From Edaphobacter aggregans (GTDB lineage Bacteria; Acidobacteriota; Terriglobia; Terriglobales; Acidobacteriaceae), in assembly GCF_003945235.1 (NCBI RefSeq), contig NZ_RSDW01000001.1, forward strand, positions 5,910,001 to 5,942,000: 32,000 bases of DNA, written 5' to 3'. Within the stretch, counting starts at the first letter, position 1; each line of letters opens with the position of its first letter. The notes under the pieces are model-generated. The model did no database searches. It was not told where the DNA came from and was given only the letters and a program-made list of their open reading frames with translations. A program made the translations under genes and the position numbers. Of the stretch, positions 1-9,313 are shown one piece after another.

Positions 1-1
1 G

Positions 2-1048
2 ACGATACTGCTTTGCCTGCGGCGAGCGATTTGGCGGCGTATGGCTTATAAGCGCTATCGAGCTGGAATTGAGACGCGCAATGTACTGATCGTCGGAGCG
101 GGGCGCGTTGGGCAGGCTTTACGCAATCATCTGGATTCGCTGGAGCACCTTGGATTCCGGTTCAAGGGCTTTGTAGCGCTGACAGAGCGGGAGGCAGAGT
201 CGGGGGACGCGGACGTGATCGGCGATGTGCGGAACTGCCTTTCTCTAGCACGGTCTCTGTTTGTCGACGAGATTTTCTTCTCCGTGCCGGGGGACAAGAG
301 GCTGGTTATCGGCATGGTGGAGGAGGCGCGAATGTTCGGCATCGATGTGCGCGTGGTGCCGGACTTGTATGACGGGCTGGCCTGGAATGCTCCGGTGGAG
401 TATATCGGTCAGTTTCCGACGATTCCACTGCATCGACGGGAGTTCCCGATTGGGGCGTTTCTGTTGAAGCGTGTGCTGGATATTACCATCTCGTCGATTG
501 CATTGCTGGTGGGGGCGCCGGCGATGCTGGCGACGGCGATCGCGGTACGAATGGATTCAGAGGGATCGATTTTCTACAGGGCGCAACGGATTGGAAGGAA
601 GGGGCGCACATTCGCCTGCTACAAGTTCCGCACGATGGTGCAGGATGCAGACAAGCGCAAGGCGGACCTTGAGCATATGAACGAGCGGGATGGCGTGCTG
701 TTCAAGATCGCGAATGATCCAAGGATTACGCGTGTAGGGGCTTGGTTGCGGAAGTATTCGCTGGACGAGCTGCCGCAGTTCTACAACGTTCTGAAGGGCG
801 ATATGAGTCTCGTTGGCCCGCGGCCTCCGGTGGCCTCCGAGGTGGAGCAGTATGATCTGGCGCATCTACGTCGCCTGAATGTGCTGCCCGGAATTACGGG
901 GCTTTGGCAGGTAGAGGCGCGGCAGGACCCCTCGTTTGACAGCTATATTTCGCTGGATACGGCGTATGTGGAGAATTGGAGCTTCTGGCTCGATTTGAAG
1001 ATTCTGGCACGAACGGTAAGTGTGGTGTTGAACGGTACGGGCACCTAA
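2..1048 (+). CDS. Polyprenyl glycosylphosphotransferase (EPS-priming bacterial sugar transferase, WbaP/EpsB-like); 5' partial
   Basis: The frame of ORF 41..1048 stays open back to nt 2, so the N-terminal TM region lies outside the window. It has a Rossmann-like VLIVGAGRVGQ segment, then a TM helix, then sugar-transferase motifs (SIFYRAQRIGRKGRTFACYKFRTM; DPRITRVGAWLRKYSLDELPQFYNVLKGDMSLVGPRP). Confidence 0.85.
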   Translation, partial: TILLCLRRAIWRRMAYKRYRAGIETRNVLIVGAGRVGQALRNHLDSLEHLGFRFKGFVALTEREAESGDADVIGDVRNCLSLARSLFVDEIFFSVPGDKRLVIGMVEEARMFGIDVRVVPDLYDGLAWNAPVEYIGQFPTIPLHRREFPIGAFLLKRVLDITISSIALLVGAPAMLATAIAVRMDSEGSIFYRAQRIGRKGRTFACYKFRTMVQDADKRKADLEHMNERDGVLFKIANDPRITRVGAWLRKYSLDELPQFYNVLKGDMSLVGPRPPVASEVEQYDLAHLRRLNVLPGITGLWQVEARQDPSFDSYISLDTAYVENWSFWLDLKILARTVSVVLNGTGT

Positions 1049-1064
1049 GCGGTAGACTTAAAGC

Positions 1065-2744
1065 GTGAAGATAGCTCTTGCGCAGATCAACCCGACGGTC
1101 GGAGACTTCGTCGGGAACACAAAGAAGATTCTTGAGTTTGCGGGCCGTGCTGCAGAGTTGGGCGCGGAACTTGTGGTCTTTCCTGAACTGGCGGTGTGCG
1201 GGTATCCACCGGCGGATTTCCTGGAGAAGAAGGTGTTCATCGCCAGGGCAGAGAAGGCCGTTGCGGAGATTGCGGCGTGGGCGGCAGCGGGGGGACGACC
1301 GGCGATTCTGTGTGGGACGGTCATGCCGGCTGCGTCACCGGTAGGCAAGCATGTGCGGAATGTTGCGGCGCTCTTGAGCGGCGGCACTGTGAGCTTCGTG
1401 CAGCAGAAGATGCTGCTTCCGTTTTATGACGTGTTCGATGAGCAACGGTACTTTGAGCCGGCTGCTCATCAGACGCTGACCTGTGTTGCTGGGGAGCCAC
1501 TGGCGATTACGGTTTGCGAGGATGCGTGGAACGATAAGAGCTTCTGGCCACGGCCCATCTATAAGATCGATCCGGTCGAAGTGTTGATGCGCGAGTGGGA
1601 CGCGCAGCCGAAGGAGCTTGCGGGGCGGCAACGCATCATTCTGAACATCTCTGCTTCGCCATACTGGCAGGGCAAGCCGGAAGTGCGGCAGAGGATGCTG
1701 GCTGCGCTGGCGGAGCGGCACGGCGCTTATGTGGCGATGGTGAATCAGGTGGGAGGCAACGACAGCCTGGTATTCGATGGTTCATCGCTGGTGATTCGGC
1801 CTGATGGGGAGGTTGTGGCACGGGCGGCCTCGTTCGCCGAGGACCTTGTGATCTTCGACGTAAAGGAAACAGCTCCGGTTGCGCCGGACGCTGCCGTAGA
1901 TGAGGTCGCGGCTATGTGGAACGCGTTGGTGCTGGGGACGCGCGACTATGTGTTGAAGTGCGGCTTCAAGAAGGTGCTGGTCGGGTTGAGCGGAGGCATC
2001 GATTCGGCGCTGGTGGCGGCGATTGCGGTTGAGGCGCTAGGCGCGGAGAACGTCCTTGGCGTGGGGATGCCGAGCGAGTACTCGTCGCTGGGATCGATTG
2101 AGGATGCTCGGCTTCTGGCGAAGAATCTTGGGATTCGGTTTGAGATGCTGCCGATTCATGATGTGTTTGCGCAGTACCAAAGCGTGCTGAAACCGCTGTT
2201 TGTGGGGACGCCGTTTGGTCTGGCGGAGGAGAATCTGCAGTCGCGGATTCGAGGTGCGCTATTGATGGCGTTGTCGAACAAATTTGGCGCGCTGGTGCTG
2301 ACGACGGGCAACAAGAGCGAGATGTCGACCGGCTATTGCACCCTGTATGGGGATATGGTCGGGGCGCTGGCGGTGATCGGCGATGTGATGAAGACGCAGG
2401 TCTATGAGTTGAGCCGATATGCGAACCGGCAGCATGAGGTGATTCCGCAGGCGACGCTGGAAAAGCCGCCCTCGGCTGAGTTACGGCCCGAGCAGCGGGA
2501 TACGGACTCGCTGCCGCCTTATGAGGTGTTGGATCCGATACTTGAGGCTTATGTTGAGCGTTACTGTTCCGCCGAGCAGATCGCTGAGGATCAAGGGGTT
2601 GACGTTGCGCTGGTGCGATCCGTCATACAGCTGGTGGAGCGAAGTGAGTACAAACGCCAGCAGGCGGCACCGGTACTGAAGGTGACGCGTAAGTCGTTCG
2701 GAATGGGAAGACGGTTTCCCATTGCGGTCAAAGTTCAGGTGTAA
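1065..2744 (+). CDS. nadE: Glutamine-dependent NAD+ synthetase
   Basis: 559 aa with a GTG start. The N-terminal nitrilase/CN-hydrolase domain reads MKIALAQINPTVGDF...VVFPELAVCGYPP...ITVCEDAW. The C-terminal NAD synthase domain carries the PP-loop (VLVGLSGGIDSALVAA) and TTGNKSE. Confidence 0.95.
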   Translation: MKIALAQINPTVGDFVGNTKKILEFAGRAAELGAELVVFPELAVCGYPPADFLEKKVFIARAEKAVAEIAAWAAAGGRPAILCGTVMPAASPVGKHVRNVAALLSGGTVSFVQQKMLLPFYDVFDEQRYFEPAAHQTLTCVAGEPLAITVCEDAWNDKSFWPRPIYKIDPVEVLMREWDAQPKELAGRQRIILNISASPYWQGKPEVRQRMLAALAERHGAYVAMVNQVGGNDSLVFDGSSLVIRPDGEVVARAASFAEDLVIFDVKETAPVAPDAAVDEVAAMWNALVLGTRDYVLKCGFKKVLVGLSGGIDSALVAAIAVEALGAENVLGVGMPSEYSSLGSIEDARLLAKNLGIRFEMLPIHDVFAQYQSVLKPLFVGTPFGLAEENLQSRIRGALLMALSNKFGALVLTTGNKSEMSTGYCTLYGDMVGALAVIGDVMKTQVYELSRYANRQHEVIPQATLEKPPSAELRPEQRDTDSLPPYEVLDPILEAYVERYCSAEQIAEDQGVDVALVRSVIQLVERSEYKRQQAAPVLKVTRKSFGMGRRFPIAVKVQV

Positions 2745-2805
2745 TAGAAGTGCTGGGCGCGGAGAGCGACGGCGGAGGAAGGATTCTTTGAAGATTACGA
2801 ATTGG

Positions 2806-3840
2806 ATGTTGGCAGGATTGGCGTCGGTTCTCGGCGTGACGGCGATCGCGGGAGCACAGACGAGCACAGGTGGGACGAACCAGGCAGCACCGGCACCGCC
2901 GCAGTTGCAGATACATTCGCTCGATCCGTCGAGCCACCCAGATCCGTTCCCTCCGGTGGATCAGAAGTTTTTTACGGCGACGACACCGACTGTCGATACG
3001 GTGAACAGCTTCCTGAAGGCACTGTGGGGGTATGACCCGAACCGCATCTGGCGGGTGGAGGCGATCCAGACGACGAAGGCTCCGGGCGTGAGCAAGGTGG
3101 TCGTATTCGTTTCGGAGAAGACAGCAAATGCGAAGGTGCAGTCGTCGGCATTCTTTGTGACGCCGGATGGTCACTATGCGATTGCTGACTCTTCGGGCGT
3201 GATTCCGTTTGGTGCGACGCCGTTTGCTGAGACACGCAAGCTGCTGCAGGACCACGCAGATGGAGCTTCGCGTGGAGCGTCGAGCAAGGACTTGATGTTG
3301 GTGGAGTTTGCCGATATGCAGTGCCCGCATTGCAAGGACGCCCAGTCAACAATGGACCAGCTTGCGAAGGATTTCCCGAATGCACGGATCGTCTTTCAGA
3401 GCTTTCCGTTGACGGCAGTCCATCCGTTTGCGTTCAAGGCGGCTGCTTATGGTTACTGCGTCCAGAAACAGAAGAACGATGCGTTCTTCCCCTTTGCGGC
3501 TGCGGTATTTGACGCGCAGGCCGCCCTGACGCCGGAGACGGGCGACGCGACGTTGAAGGCTGCTGTGACCAAGGTCGGGCTTGATCCTGCGGCGATCGAT
3601 GCTTGCGCGGCCACGCAGGTGATCCAGGATCAGGTGAACGCCTCGATCAAGCTGGCGACGGAAGCGGGTATTGACCAGACTCCAATACTCGCGGTGAATG
3701 GGCATCTGCTGCCGCTTACGCAGGTTCCGTATGAGACGCTGAAGAACATTGTGGCGTATCAGGCGATGTTGGATGGAGTAAGCTCCGGAGCAGCTCCGGC
3801 CGACGCCACTACGTCAAAACCACCTAGTCTGTTGAAGTAG
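2806..3840 (+). CDS. Secreted DsbA-like thiol:disulfide oxidoreductase (thioredoxin fold)
   Basis: CPHC active-site motif in LVEFADMQCPHCKD. I moved the start to ATG 2806, which gives a Sec signal (MLAGLASVLGVTAIAGAQ). The ORF-track start at 2722 adds an Arg-rich, non-signal extension. Confidence 0.8.
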   Translation: MLAGLASVLGVTAIAGAQTSTGGTNQAAPAPPQLQIHSLDPSSHPDPFPPVDQKFFTATTPTVDTVNSFLKALWGYDPNRIWRVEAIQTTKAPGVSKVVVFVSEKTANAKVQSSAFFVTPDGHYAIADSSGVIPFGATPFAETRKLLQDHADGASRGASSKDLMLVEFADMQCPHCKDAQSTMDQLAKDFPNARIVFQSFPLTAVHPFAFKAAAYGYCVQKQKNDAFFPFAAAVFDAQAALTPETGDATLKAAVTKVGLDPAAIDACAATQVIQDQVNASIKLATEAGIDQTPILAVNGHLLPLTQVPYETLKNIVAYQAMLDGVSSGAAPADATTSKPPSLLK

Positions 3841-3861
3841 TTTCTTAGCGATAGGTAGGGA

Positions 3862-3898
3862 GGGCGCATCCGGATTGGGTGCGCCCTTTTTCTTTTTT
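3862..3898 (+). terminator. Rho-independent terminator after the DsbA-like gene
   Basis: Stem GGGCGCA (3862-3868) pairs with TGCGCCC (3880-3886) around an 11-nt loop, followed by TTTTTCTTTTTT (3887-3898). The T-tract overlaps the stop codon of the convergent permease gene. Confidence 0.7.
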
Positions 3899-5210
3899 AC
3901 GAATGGGCGATGTAGACGAAGCGCAGGAAGAAGAGAGCTGCCAGTAGGTAAAGCATCCAGTCCTGGCGGCGTGCGCGGCCAGTGAGCAGTTGCAGCGCGG
4001 CGTAGCTGGTGAGGCCGAAGCTTAGGCCGTCGGCGATGGACCAGGTGAGCGGGATGGTGGAGACAGTGAGGAAGGCGGGGATGCCGATCTGGGGATCGTC
4101 CCACTCGATTTGACCGAGGCCCGTAAGCATGAGGCCGCCGACGAGGATGAGTGCGGGTGAGGTGGCGAAGCTGGGGATGGCTCCGACGAGCGGGGCGATG
4201 AAGAGAGAGACGAAGAAGAGCAGCCCGGTGACGATGGCGGTGACGCCGGTGCGTCCGCCTGCGGCTACTCCGGCGGAGGATTCGACGTAGCTGGTGACGG
4301 TGCTGGTTCCGGCGAGCGAGCCGACGATCGTGGCGGTAGCGTCGGCGAAGAAGATGCGGTTCAGACGCGGGATGGTGTGGTCGGGGGAGATGAGCCCGGC
4401 GCGTTGGGTGACGGCGACAAGGGTGCCGATGTTGTCGAAGAGATCGACGAAGAGGAAGACGAAGATGATCTCGAAGGCGCCGATGTGGAGAGCCCCGCGA
4501 ATATCGAGCTGGAAGGCGGTGGCTCGGATGGCGGAGAGGCTGTAATGAACAGGCTGCCAGTGGACCTGATGGAAAAGCACTCCGAGGAACATCGTGCCGA
4601 GGACGCCGATGAGCATGGAGGCTCGGACGCGAAGTACTTGCAGGATGGCGATGAAGAGAAGCCCGAAGAGAGCAAGAGCGGTGTGGGGGGCGCGGACGTT
4701 ACCGAGGGTGACGACGGTCGTGGCGCTGGGCACGATGATGCCTGCGTTGCGGAATCCGATGAAGGCGATGAAGAGGCCGATGCCTCCTCCGACAGCTGCG
4801 TGAAGTTGATGCGGGATAGCACCAACGAGGCGTTGGCGGATGCCGGTGTAGGTAAGGGCAAGGAAGATGGCCCCGGAGAGAAATACGGCTCCGAGGGCGG
4901 TTTGCCAGGGGACACCCATGCCTTTGACTACGGTGTAGGTGAAGTAGGCGTTGAGGCCCATACCGGGCGCGAGGGCGATGGGATAGTTGGCGAGTCCACC
5001 CATGAGGATGCTGCCGAAGGCCGCGCAGAGGCATGTCGCGGCTGTGACCGCGGCCAGTGGCATACCTGTCTCCGAGAGAATGGCCGGGTTCACGAAGATG
5101 ATGTAGGCCATCGTGATGAAGGTGGTGAGGCCGGCGAGGATCTCGGTGCGCCAGTTAGTGCGGTGTGCAGTGAATTGGAAGTAGCGTTCGAGGCGTTTGC
5201 GCGTCGTCAA
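3897..5210 (-). CDS. NCS2-family nucleobase permease (AzgA-like adenine/guanine/hypoxanthine permease)
   Basis: 437 aa, polytopic membrane protein. The N-terminus is typical of the family (RYFQFTAHRTNWRTEILAGLTTFITMAYIIFVNPAILSETGMP). The apparent start is TTG; there is no upstream in-frame ATG. Confidence 0.9.
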   Translation of the reverse strand: MTTRKRLERYFQFTAHRTNWRTEILAGLTTFITMAYIIFVNPAILSETGMPLAAVTAATCLCAAFGSILMGGLANYPIALAPGMGLNAYFTYTVVKGMGVPWQTALGAVFLSGAIFLALTYTGIRQRLVGAIPHQLHAAVGGGIGLFIAFIGFRNAGIIVPSATTVVTLGNVRAPHTALALFGLLFIAILQVLRVRASMLIGVLGTMFLGVLFHQVHWQPVHYSLSAIRATAFQLDIRGALHIGAFEIIFVFLFVDLFDNIGTLVAVTQRAGLISPDHTIPRLNRIFFADATATIVGSLAGTSTVTSYVESSAGVAAGGRTGVTAIVTGLLFFVSLFIAPLVGAIPSFATSPALILVGGLMLTGLGQIEWDDPQIGIPAFLTVSTIPLTWSIADGLSFGLTSYAALQLLTGRARRQDWMLYLLAALFFLRFVYIAHS

Positions 5211-5274
5211 CGTTTGGGCTCGCTGGAAACTAGAATGAGAGGAATTGTGTACAGAATAGCTTGAGAGGGTGCAA

Positions 5275-5781
5275 ATGACCGCAGAAGATGTAAAGAAACT
5301 GCTGGGACTCGTACCGCATCCGCGCGAGGGAGGGTGGTATGTGCGGACGTATGAAGCTGCCGAGACTGTTGCAGCGGAGGCTTTTGGAGATGCGCGGTAT
5401 CCAAGCGCGCGGCGGATGGGGACGGCAATCTACTATCTGCTGGAGCCAGGGACGTTCAGCGAGATGCATCGGCTGAAGAGCGATGAGGTATTTCATTTTT
5501 ATGTGGGCGATGCAGTGGAGATGCTGCAGTTGCTGGCCGATGGCAGTGGGAGGACAGTGGTGATAGGGAACGATCTTGCCTCTGGGCAGAGACCTCAGGT
5601 TGTGGTGGAGCGGAATGTCTGGCAGGGTTCGCGCCTGGTTAGAGGAGGGAAGTGGGCGCTGCTCGGTTGTACGGTGAGTCCGGGGTTTGAGTTCGAGGAT
5701 TATGACGCAGGGGGCCGTGCGTCACTGAGCGAGGGGTGGCCGGAGTTTGCTGAAATGATTGCGGCTCTGACGCGAGACTGA
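5275..5781 (+). CDS. Cupin-fold protein, DUF985 (cupin_5) family
   Basis: The sequence LGLVPHPREGGWYVRTYE...IYYLLEPGTFSEMHRLKSDEVFHFY...LLGCTVSPGFEFEDYD matches the DUF985 cupin pattern. ATG 5275 is preferred over GTG 5269 because GAGAGGG sits about 6 nt upstream of it. Confidence 0.8.
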   Translation: MTAEDVKKLLGLVPHPREGGWYVRTYEAAETVAAEAFGDARYPSARRMGTAIYYLLEPGTFSEMHRLKSDEVFHFYVGDAVEMLQLLADGSGRTVVIGNDLASGQRPQVVVERNVWQGSRLVRGGKWALLGCTVSPGFEFEDYDAGGRASLSEGWPEFAEMIAALTRD

Positions 5782-5856
5782 TGTGCTGGATGGGGGAGAC
5801 ACGCTGCTATAAAGTGGCGCGCGTCCCTATGAGTTTTGTGCTGAGTTCAACCCGGC

Positions 5857-6195
5857 TTAGCGATGATAGAAGGACTGATCGTAGCCGCGTAGGTAGGCAC
5901 TCCGGAAGGCATCGCGATAAGGCCCGAAGGGTCCCAATGCCGGATCGTAGCCGGGCGTGTCGTGATATTTGCGGTCACGTCGCGGTTGATGGCCGAAGCC
6001 GTTATAAGCATCGCGTGCTCCATCTTCAGCGCCAGCGCGGAATCCCTCGTGGTCGGCTCTTGCGATGAGCGGAGGAACGCTGGCGTAAGGCGGTGGGGGA
6101 GGCCCCTGAGCATAGTAGTAGGGGTGCGAGGCGCAACCTGCTGCGAAAAGAGTGGCCGCAGTGATCAGAGGGAGAGCAACACGGGAGAATTTCAT
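5857..6195 (-). CDS. Small Pro/Tyr-rich lipoprotein, unknown function
   Basis: Starting at ATG 6195 gives the signal peptide and lipobox MKFSRVALPLITAATLFAAGC, with GAGGA upstream. The mature part is rich in P, Y, G, R and D (GPPPPPY, YDPALGPFGPY). I recognise no family. Confidence 0.6.
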   Translation of the reverse strand: MKFSRVALPLITAATLFAAGCASHPYYYAQGPPPPPYASVPPLIARADHEGFRAGAEDGARDAYNGFGHQPRRDRKYHDTPGYDPALGPFGPYRDAFRSAYLRGYDQSFYHR

Positions 6196-6294
6196 AGAGT
6201 CCTCACTATCGATTCGCACGACCATCATTGGCGTGCGTTCGTATAGATAAACGCTCAATGCGAAAAAATGTTGCCCTTGTGATTACGTGTCTCG

Positions 6295-7890
6295 TTAGCC
6301 GCGGATTTGTTTCGCGATGCGTTCGATGGCGTGGTGGGCGGAGAGTGCGGCTCCTTCCTGCCAGCCAACGAGATGTGAGAGATAGTCTCCGGCGAAGTAC
6401 GTTCGGCCCTGGGGTTTTTCGAGCTGGGCATAAGCAGGCTCGCTGCTTTCGAGGTGATTGTTCGCAAAGCAGCCGAGGGAGTAGGGGATCTTCGACCAGC
6501 TGACGTAGATAGGTTTGGCGAGCAGGTGGGAGCGGCCGGGGTGGAGCGCTTCGACAGCGGTACGCGAGGCATCGAATTTGGCTTCCATGGTCGGCAGAGA
6601 GCCGAAGGGTGTGGGTTTGCCGTTGGAGGTGCCGCCGAGGCCCATGCCACCGACGTCATTGCGCTCGGAGCCGAAGCCAGCGACCACGACTCCCGTTGGT
6701 GAGAAGAGTTTGTCGGTGGGATACCAGACGAGGTCGACGACGTTGTGGAGAAAGGAGATGCCGCCGTAGATGTTATTTTCCCTTTCCCAGAAACGCGGCG
6801 ATTCCCAGCCGATTTTGTAGAGCGCTGTCATGGGCATGCCAGTGAAGGCCTTCTGGGTTTCGGGGGAGAAGTTGTTCTTCGTTTTGGCGAGGACGGAGAT
6901 GGGCATCGTACAGATGCAGAAGTCTGCCGTGAGAGTCTGGGGCGTGCCGGATTTGGCGTAGGCGATGGTGACGCCGGCGTCGGAGGTGGTGATCTCGCTG
7001 ACGGGAGAATCGTGGTGGATCATCTCGGCGGGAAGGGCGCGGGCGAAGCCGTAGGGGATGCGGTCCATGCCGCCGATGGGCTGGAACATGGTGGCCTGCC
7101 AGTCGATTTGTTCCTCGTAGAATTCGCCCGTGGAGAAGTCGGCGGCAAGAAGCTCGGAGAATTTGAGGGGTTCGTGCAAGGCTGATTTAGTGAGGCCAGC
7201 ACCTCGCGCAACGGTAAAGCCCGCGCGTGGGGTGCCGACATATTTGCCTTTATCGTTGAGGTCGCCGAAGCCAGAGAGGAAGTCGAGGAGACGGGCGCTG
7301 TCTTCTTTGGATAGCGCGTCGTCAAGCGTGTGCTGATTGATGGCTTTGGCTAGGAGCTCGGCAAGGTAGCCGCGGGTGTCGTGGATGACTTGGCGCTGCT
7401 GAACAGGCTTGCCGCCATTGAGGAGCGGCGATTGCATGAGGGCAGAGCGGGAGGTGTTGACTTCGACTTCGAGAGGGACGCCGAGGTCGTGACAGTAGTT
7501 GAGGATAGTGGTGTGGATGGAAGGAATGCGCGCGGGACCGGCGTTGAGGTATCCGTCGTTTTGCCAACTGCAGGTTTGGACGGTGCCGTCGGTGAACTCG
7601 ACCTTGCTGCCGTCGCGGACGGACCACGCACGGCCACCAGGGCGATTGCGGGCTTCGATGATAGTGCAGTCGAAGCCTGCTTTGCAGAGCTCGTATGCGG
7701 AGACGAGACCGGCGATGCCGGCGCCGAGGATGACAATTTTTTTGCCTTTGCCAAAGTCGGCAGGGAGTTGGGGAAGGAGAGAGGCTTCGGCTGTGGGTAC
7801 GAGTCCGAGAGCCTGCATGGTGACGAACGCGGCAGAGTAGCCGCCGATCTGGGCCATGCGCTGGATCAATGCACGACGGGTGAGGCTCAT
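6295..7890 (-). CDS. Tat-exported FAD-dependent amine oxidase (flavin monoamine oxidase family)
   Basis: Starting at ATG 7890 gives a twin-arginine signal (MSLTRRALIQRMAQIGGYSAAFV). The FAD-binding dinucleotide fold reads KKIVILGAGIAGLVSAYELCKAGFDCTIIEARNRPGGR. The C-terminus (FAGDYLSHLVGWQEGA) is typical of amine oxidases. Confidence 0.8.
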   Translation of the reverse strand: MSLTRRALIQRMAQIGGYSAAFVTMQALGLVPTAEASLLPQLPADFGKGKKIVILGAGIAGLVSAYELCKAGFDCTIIEARNRPGGRAWSVRDGSKVEFTDGTVQTCSWQNDGYLNAGPARIPSIHTTILNYCHDLGVPLEVEVNTSRSALMQSPLLNGGKPVQQRQVIHDTRGYLAELLAKAINQHTLDDALSKEDSARLLDFLSGFGDLNDKGKYVGTPRAGFTVARGAGLTKSALHEPLKFSELLAADFSTGEFYEEQIDWQATMFQPIGGMDRIPYGFARALPAEMIHHDSPVSEITTSDAGVTIAYAKSGTPQTLTADFCICTMPISVLAKTKNNFSPETQKAFTGMPMTALYKIGWESPRFWERENNIYGGISFLHNVVDLVWYPTDKLFSPTGVVVAGFGSERNDVGGMGLGGTSNGKPTPFGSLPTMEAKFDASRTAVEALHPGRSHLLAKPIYVSWSKIPYSLGCFANNHLESSEPAYAQLEKPQGRTYFAGDYLSHLVGWQEGAALSAHHAIERIAKQIRG

Positions 7891-8030
7891 AGTGAGGACT
7901 CCGCGTGTGATGGATTGTGAGGGACTTTTTGCAAGTGTGGAGCGAAAGGGGCCGCATTGCAAGAAGAAAGTGATGAGTTGGCGTGGTTGTGGATGGTTTG
8001 TAGTGAAGTGCTTAGACTGGTTGTCAGGTT

Positions 8031-9302
8031 TTGCGGGAGGGAGTTATCAGCTACGAAACCGAAGTTGCCAGGCGGAGTTTTTTGAAGAGTGCGTTGGCAT
8101 TGGGCGCTGTTTCAACTGTGCCGGCGCTGGCGATGGAGCAGATATCAGAGGCCGCTGGCGGAGATCGGGCTTATTGGATTGAGGTTGTGCGGCGAGTATC
8201 TGATCCGGTGCTGGAGGCTGTAAGCAAAGGGCAACTGCGGGCGAAGATGCCGGTTGAGGCAGGCGCTGGGCTGGTAGAAGCTCGGAGTAAGTCGACGCAT
8301 CTGGAGGCGTTTGGGCGGTTGATTTCTGGTTTAGGGCCGTGGCTGGAGAGCGCAGAGATGAGCGGCGCGGAAGGTGAGTTGCAGGCTAAATATCGCGAGT
8401 GGGCGCGGGCGGGGATTCGGTATGGAACTGATCCGGCTTCGGCGGATTACATGAACTTTGGTTTGACGCCGCAGTCAGTGGTCGATGCGGCTTTTTTGGT
8501 GTTGGGGATTCTGCGGGCTCCGAAGCAGTTGTGGGAGCCGTTGGATAAAGCAACGAAGGCGAATCTGGTGAAGGCGCTGCAGGCTACGCGTTCGGTGTTG
8601 CCGGGGCAGTCGAACTGGCTGCTGTTTTCGGCGATGGTGGAAGCTGGTCTTTGCTTCATGGGGGAGTGGTGGGATTCAATGCGTGTGGACTACGCAATCC
8701 AGATGCATAAGCTGTGGTTCGTGGGTGATGGCACCTATGGCGATGGCCCACACTTTCATTGGGATTACTACAACAGCTTTGTAATTCAGCCGATGTTGAT
8801 GAAGGTGCTGGAGATCGTGCCGGCGAAGTCGGTGGCGTGGAGTGCGCTGAAGCCGGTGGCGTTGGAGCGAGCGCAACGGTACGCGGCGATACAAGAGCGG
8901 ATGATCAGTCCGGAGGCTACGTTTCCTGCGATCGGGCGGTCACTGACTTATCGGTTTGGAGCATTTCACCTTCTGAGCGACATCAGTCTTCGGAGAGAGC
9001 TACCGCAAGGTGTGTCGCCGGAGCAGGTGCGGTGCGCTCTGACGGCGGTGATGCGAAGGATGATCGAGCGGCCGGGGACGTTTGATGCGAAAGGCTGGTT
9101 GACGATTGGGTTTGCTGGGCATCAGCCTTCAATGGGCGAGCCGTATATTTCGACGGGGAGTTTGTATCTGTGTGCTGCGGCGTGGTTGCCGCTGGGACTA
9201 TCTGCGAGCGATGTCTTCTGGTCGGGCCCTGCAAAGCCATGGACAGCCCAGAGAATTTGGGGCGGAGAAAACATGATGGCTGATCATGCCTCCTCCGCCT
9301 AG
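8031..9302 (+). CDS. Tat-exported DUF2264 family protein
   Basis: Near-consensus Tat signal ARRSFLKSALALGAVSTVPALA; the start is TTG 8031, and no ATG lies upstream of the signal. DUF2264-like blocks are present: HLEAFGRL, GTDP, QSNWLLFSAMVE, GDGTYGDGPHFHWDYYNSFVIQP. Confidence 0.7.
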   Translation: MREGVISYETEVARRSFLKSALALGAVSTVPALAMEQISEAAGGDRAYWIEVVRRVSDPVLEAVSKGQLRAKMPVEAGAGLVEARSKSTHLEAFGRLISGLGPWLESAEMSGAEGELQAKYREWARAGIRYGTDPASADYMNFGLTPQSVVDAAFLVLGILRAPKQLWEPLDKATKANLVKALQATRSVLPGQSNWLLFSAMVEAGLCFMGEWWDSMRVDYAIQMHKLWFVGDGTYGDGPHFHWDYYNSFVIQPMLMKVLEIVPAKSVAWSALKPVALERAQRYAAIQERMISPEATFPAIGRSLTYRFGAFHLLSDISLRRELPQGVSPEQVRCALTAVMRRMIERPGTFDAKGWLTIGFAGHQPSMGEPYISTGSLYLCAAAWLPLGLSASDVFWSGPAKPWTAQRIWGGENMMADHASSA

Positions 9303-9313
9303 TTGGGTTCGAG

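Noticed and set aside
2722-2805. N-terminal extensions suggested by the ORF track at 2722, 7962, 11221, 19952, 21156, 23263 and 27163.
   Set aside because: In each case an internal ATG preceded by an SD-like sequence yields a canonical Sec, Tat or lipoprotein signal, or the conserved family N-terminus (htpG). The extensions are Arg/Ser-rich and unlike any family.
4377-5264. A 295-aa + strand ORF rich in E, D and G, antisense to the NCS2 permease. Similar long antisense ORFs occur at 21815..22813 (within htpG), 13738..14502 (within the tannase gene), 10442..11224 (within GH2) and 31099..31758 (within the ABC ATPase gene).
   Set aside because: These are shadow ORFs typical of high-GC coding regions. 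They are low-complexity, lack SD sequences, and lie opposite genes with unambiguous family motifs.
5211-5274. A possible purine riboswitch upstream of the NCS2 nucleobase permease.
   Set aside because: The intergenic region is only about 60 nt and is shared with the divergent cupin gene. That is too short for an aptamer plus expression platform, and no conserved purine-riboswitch junction motifs are evident.
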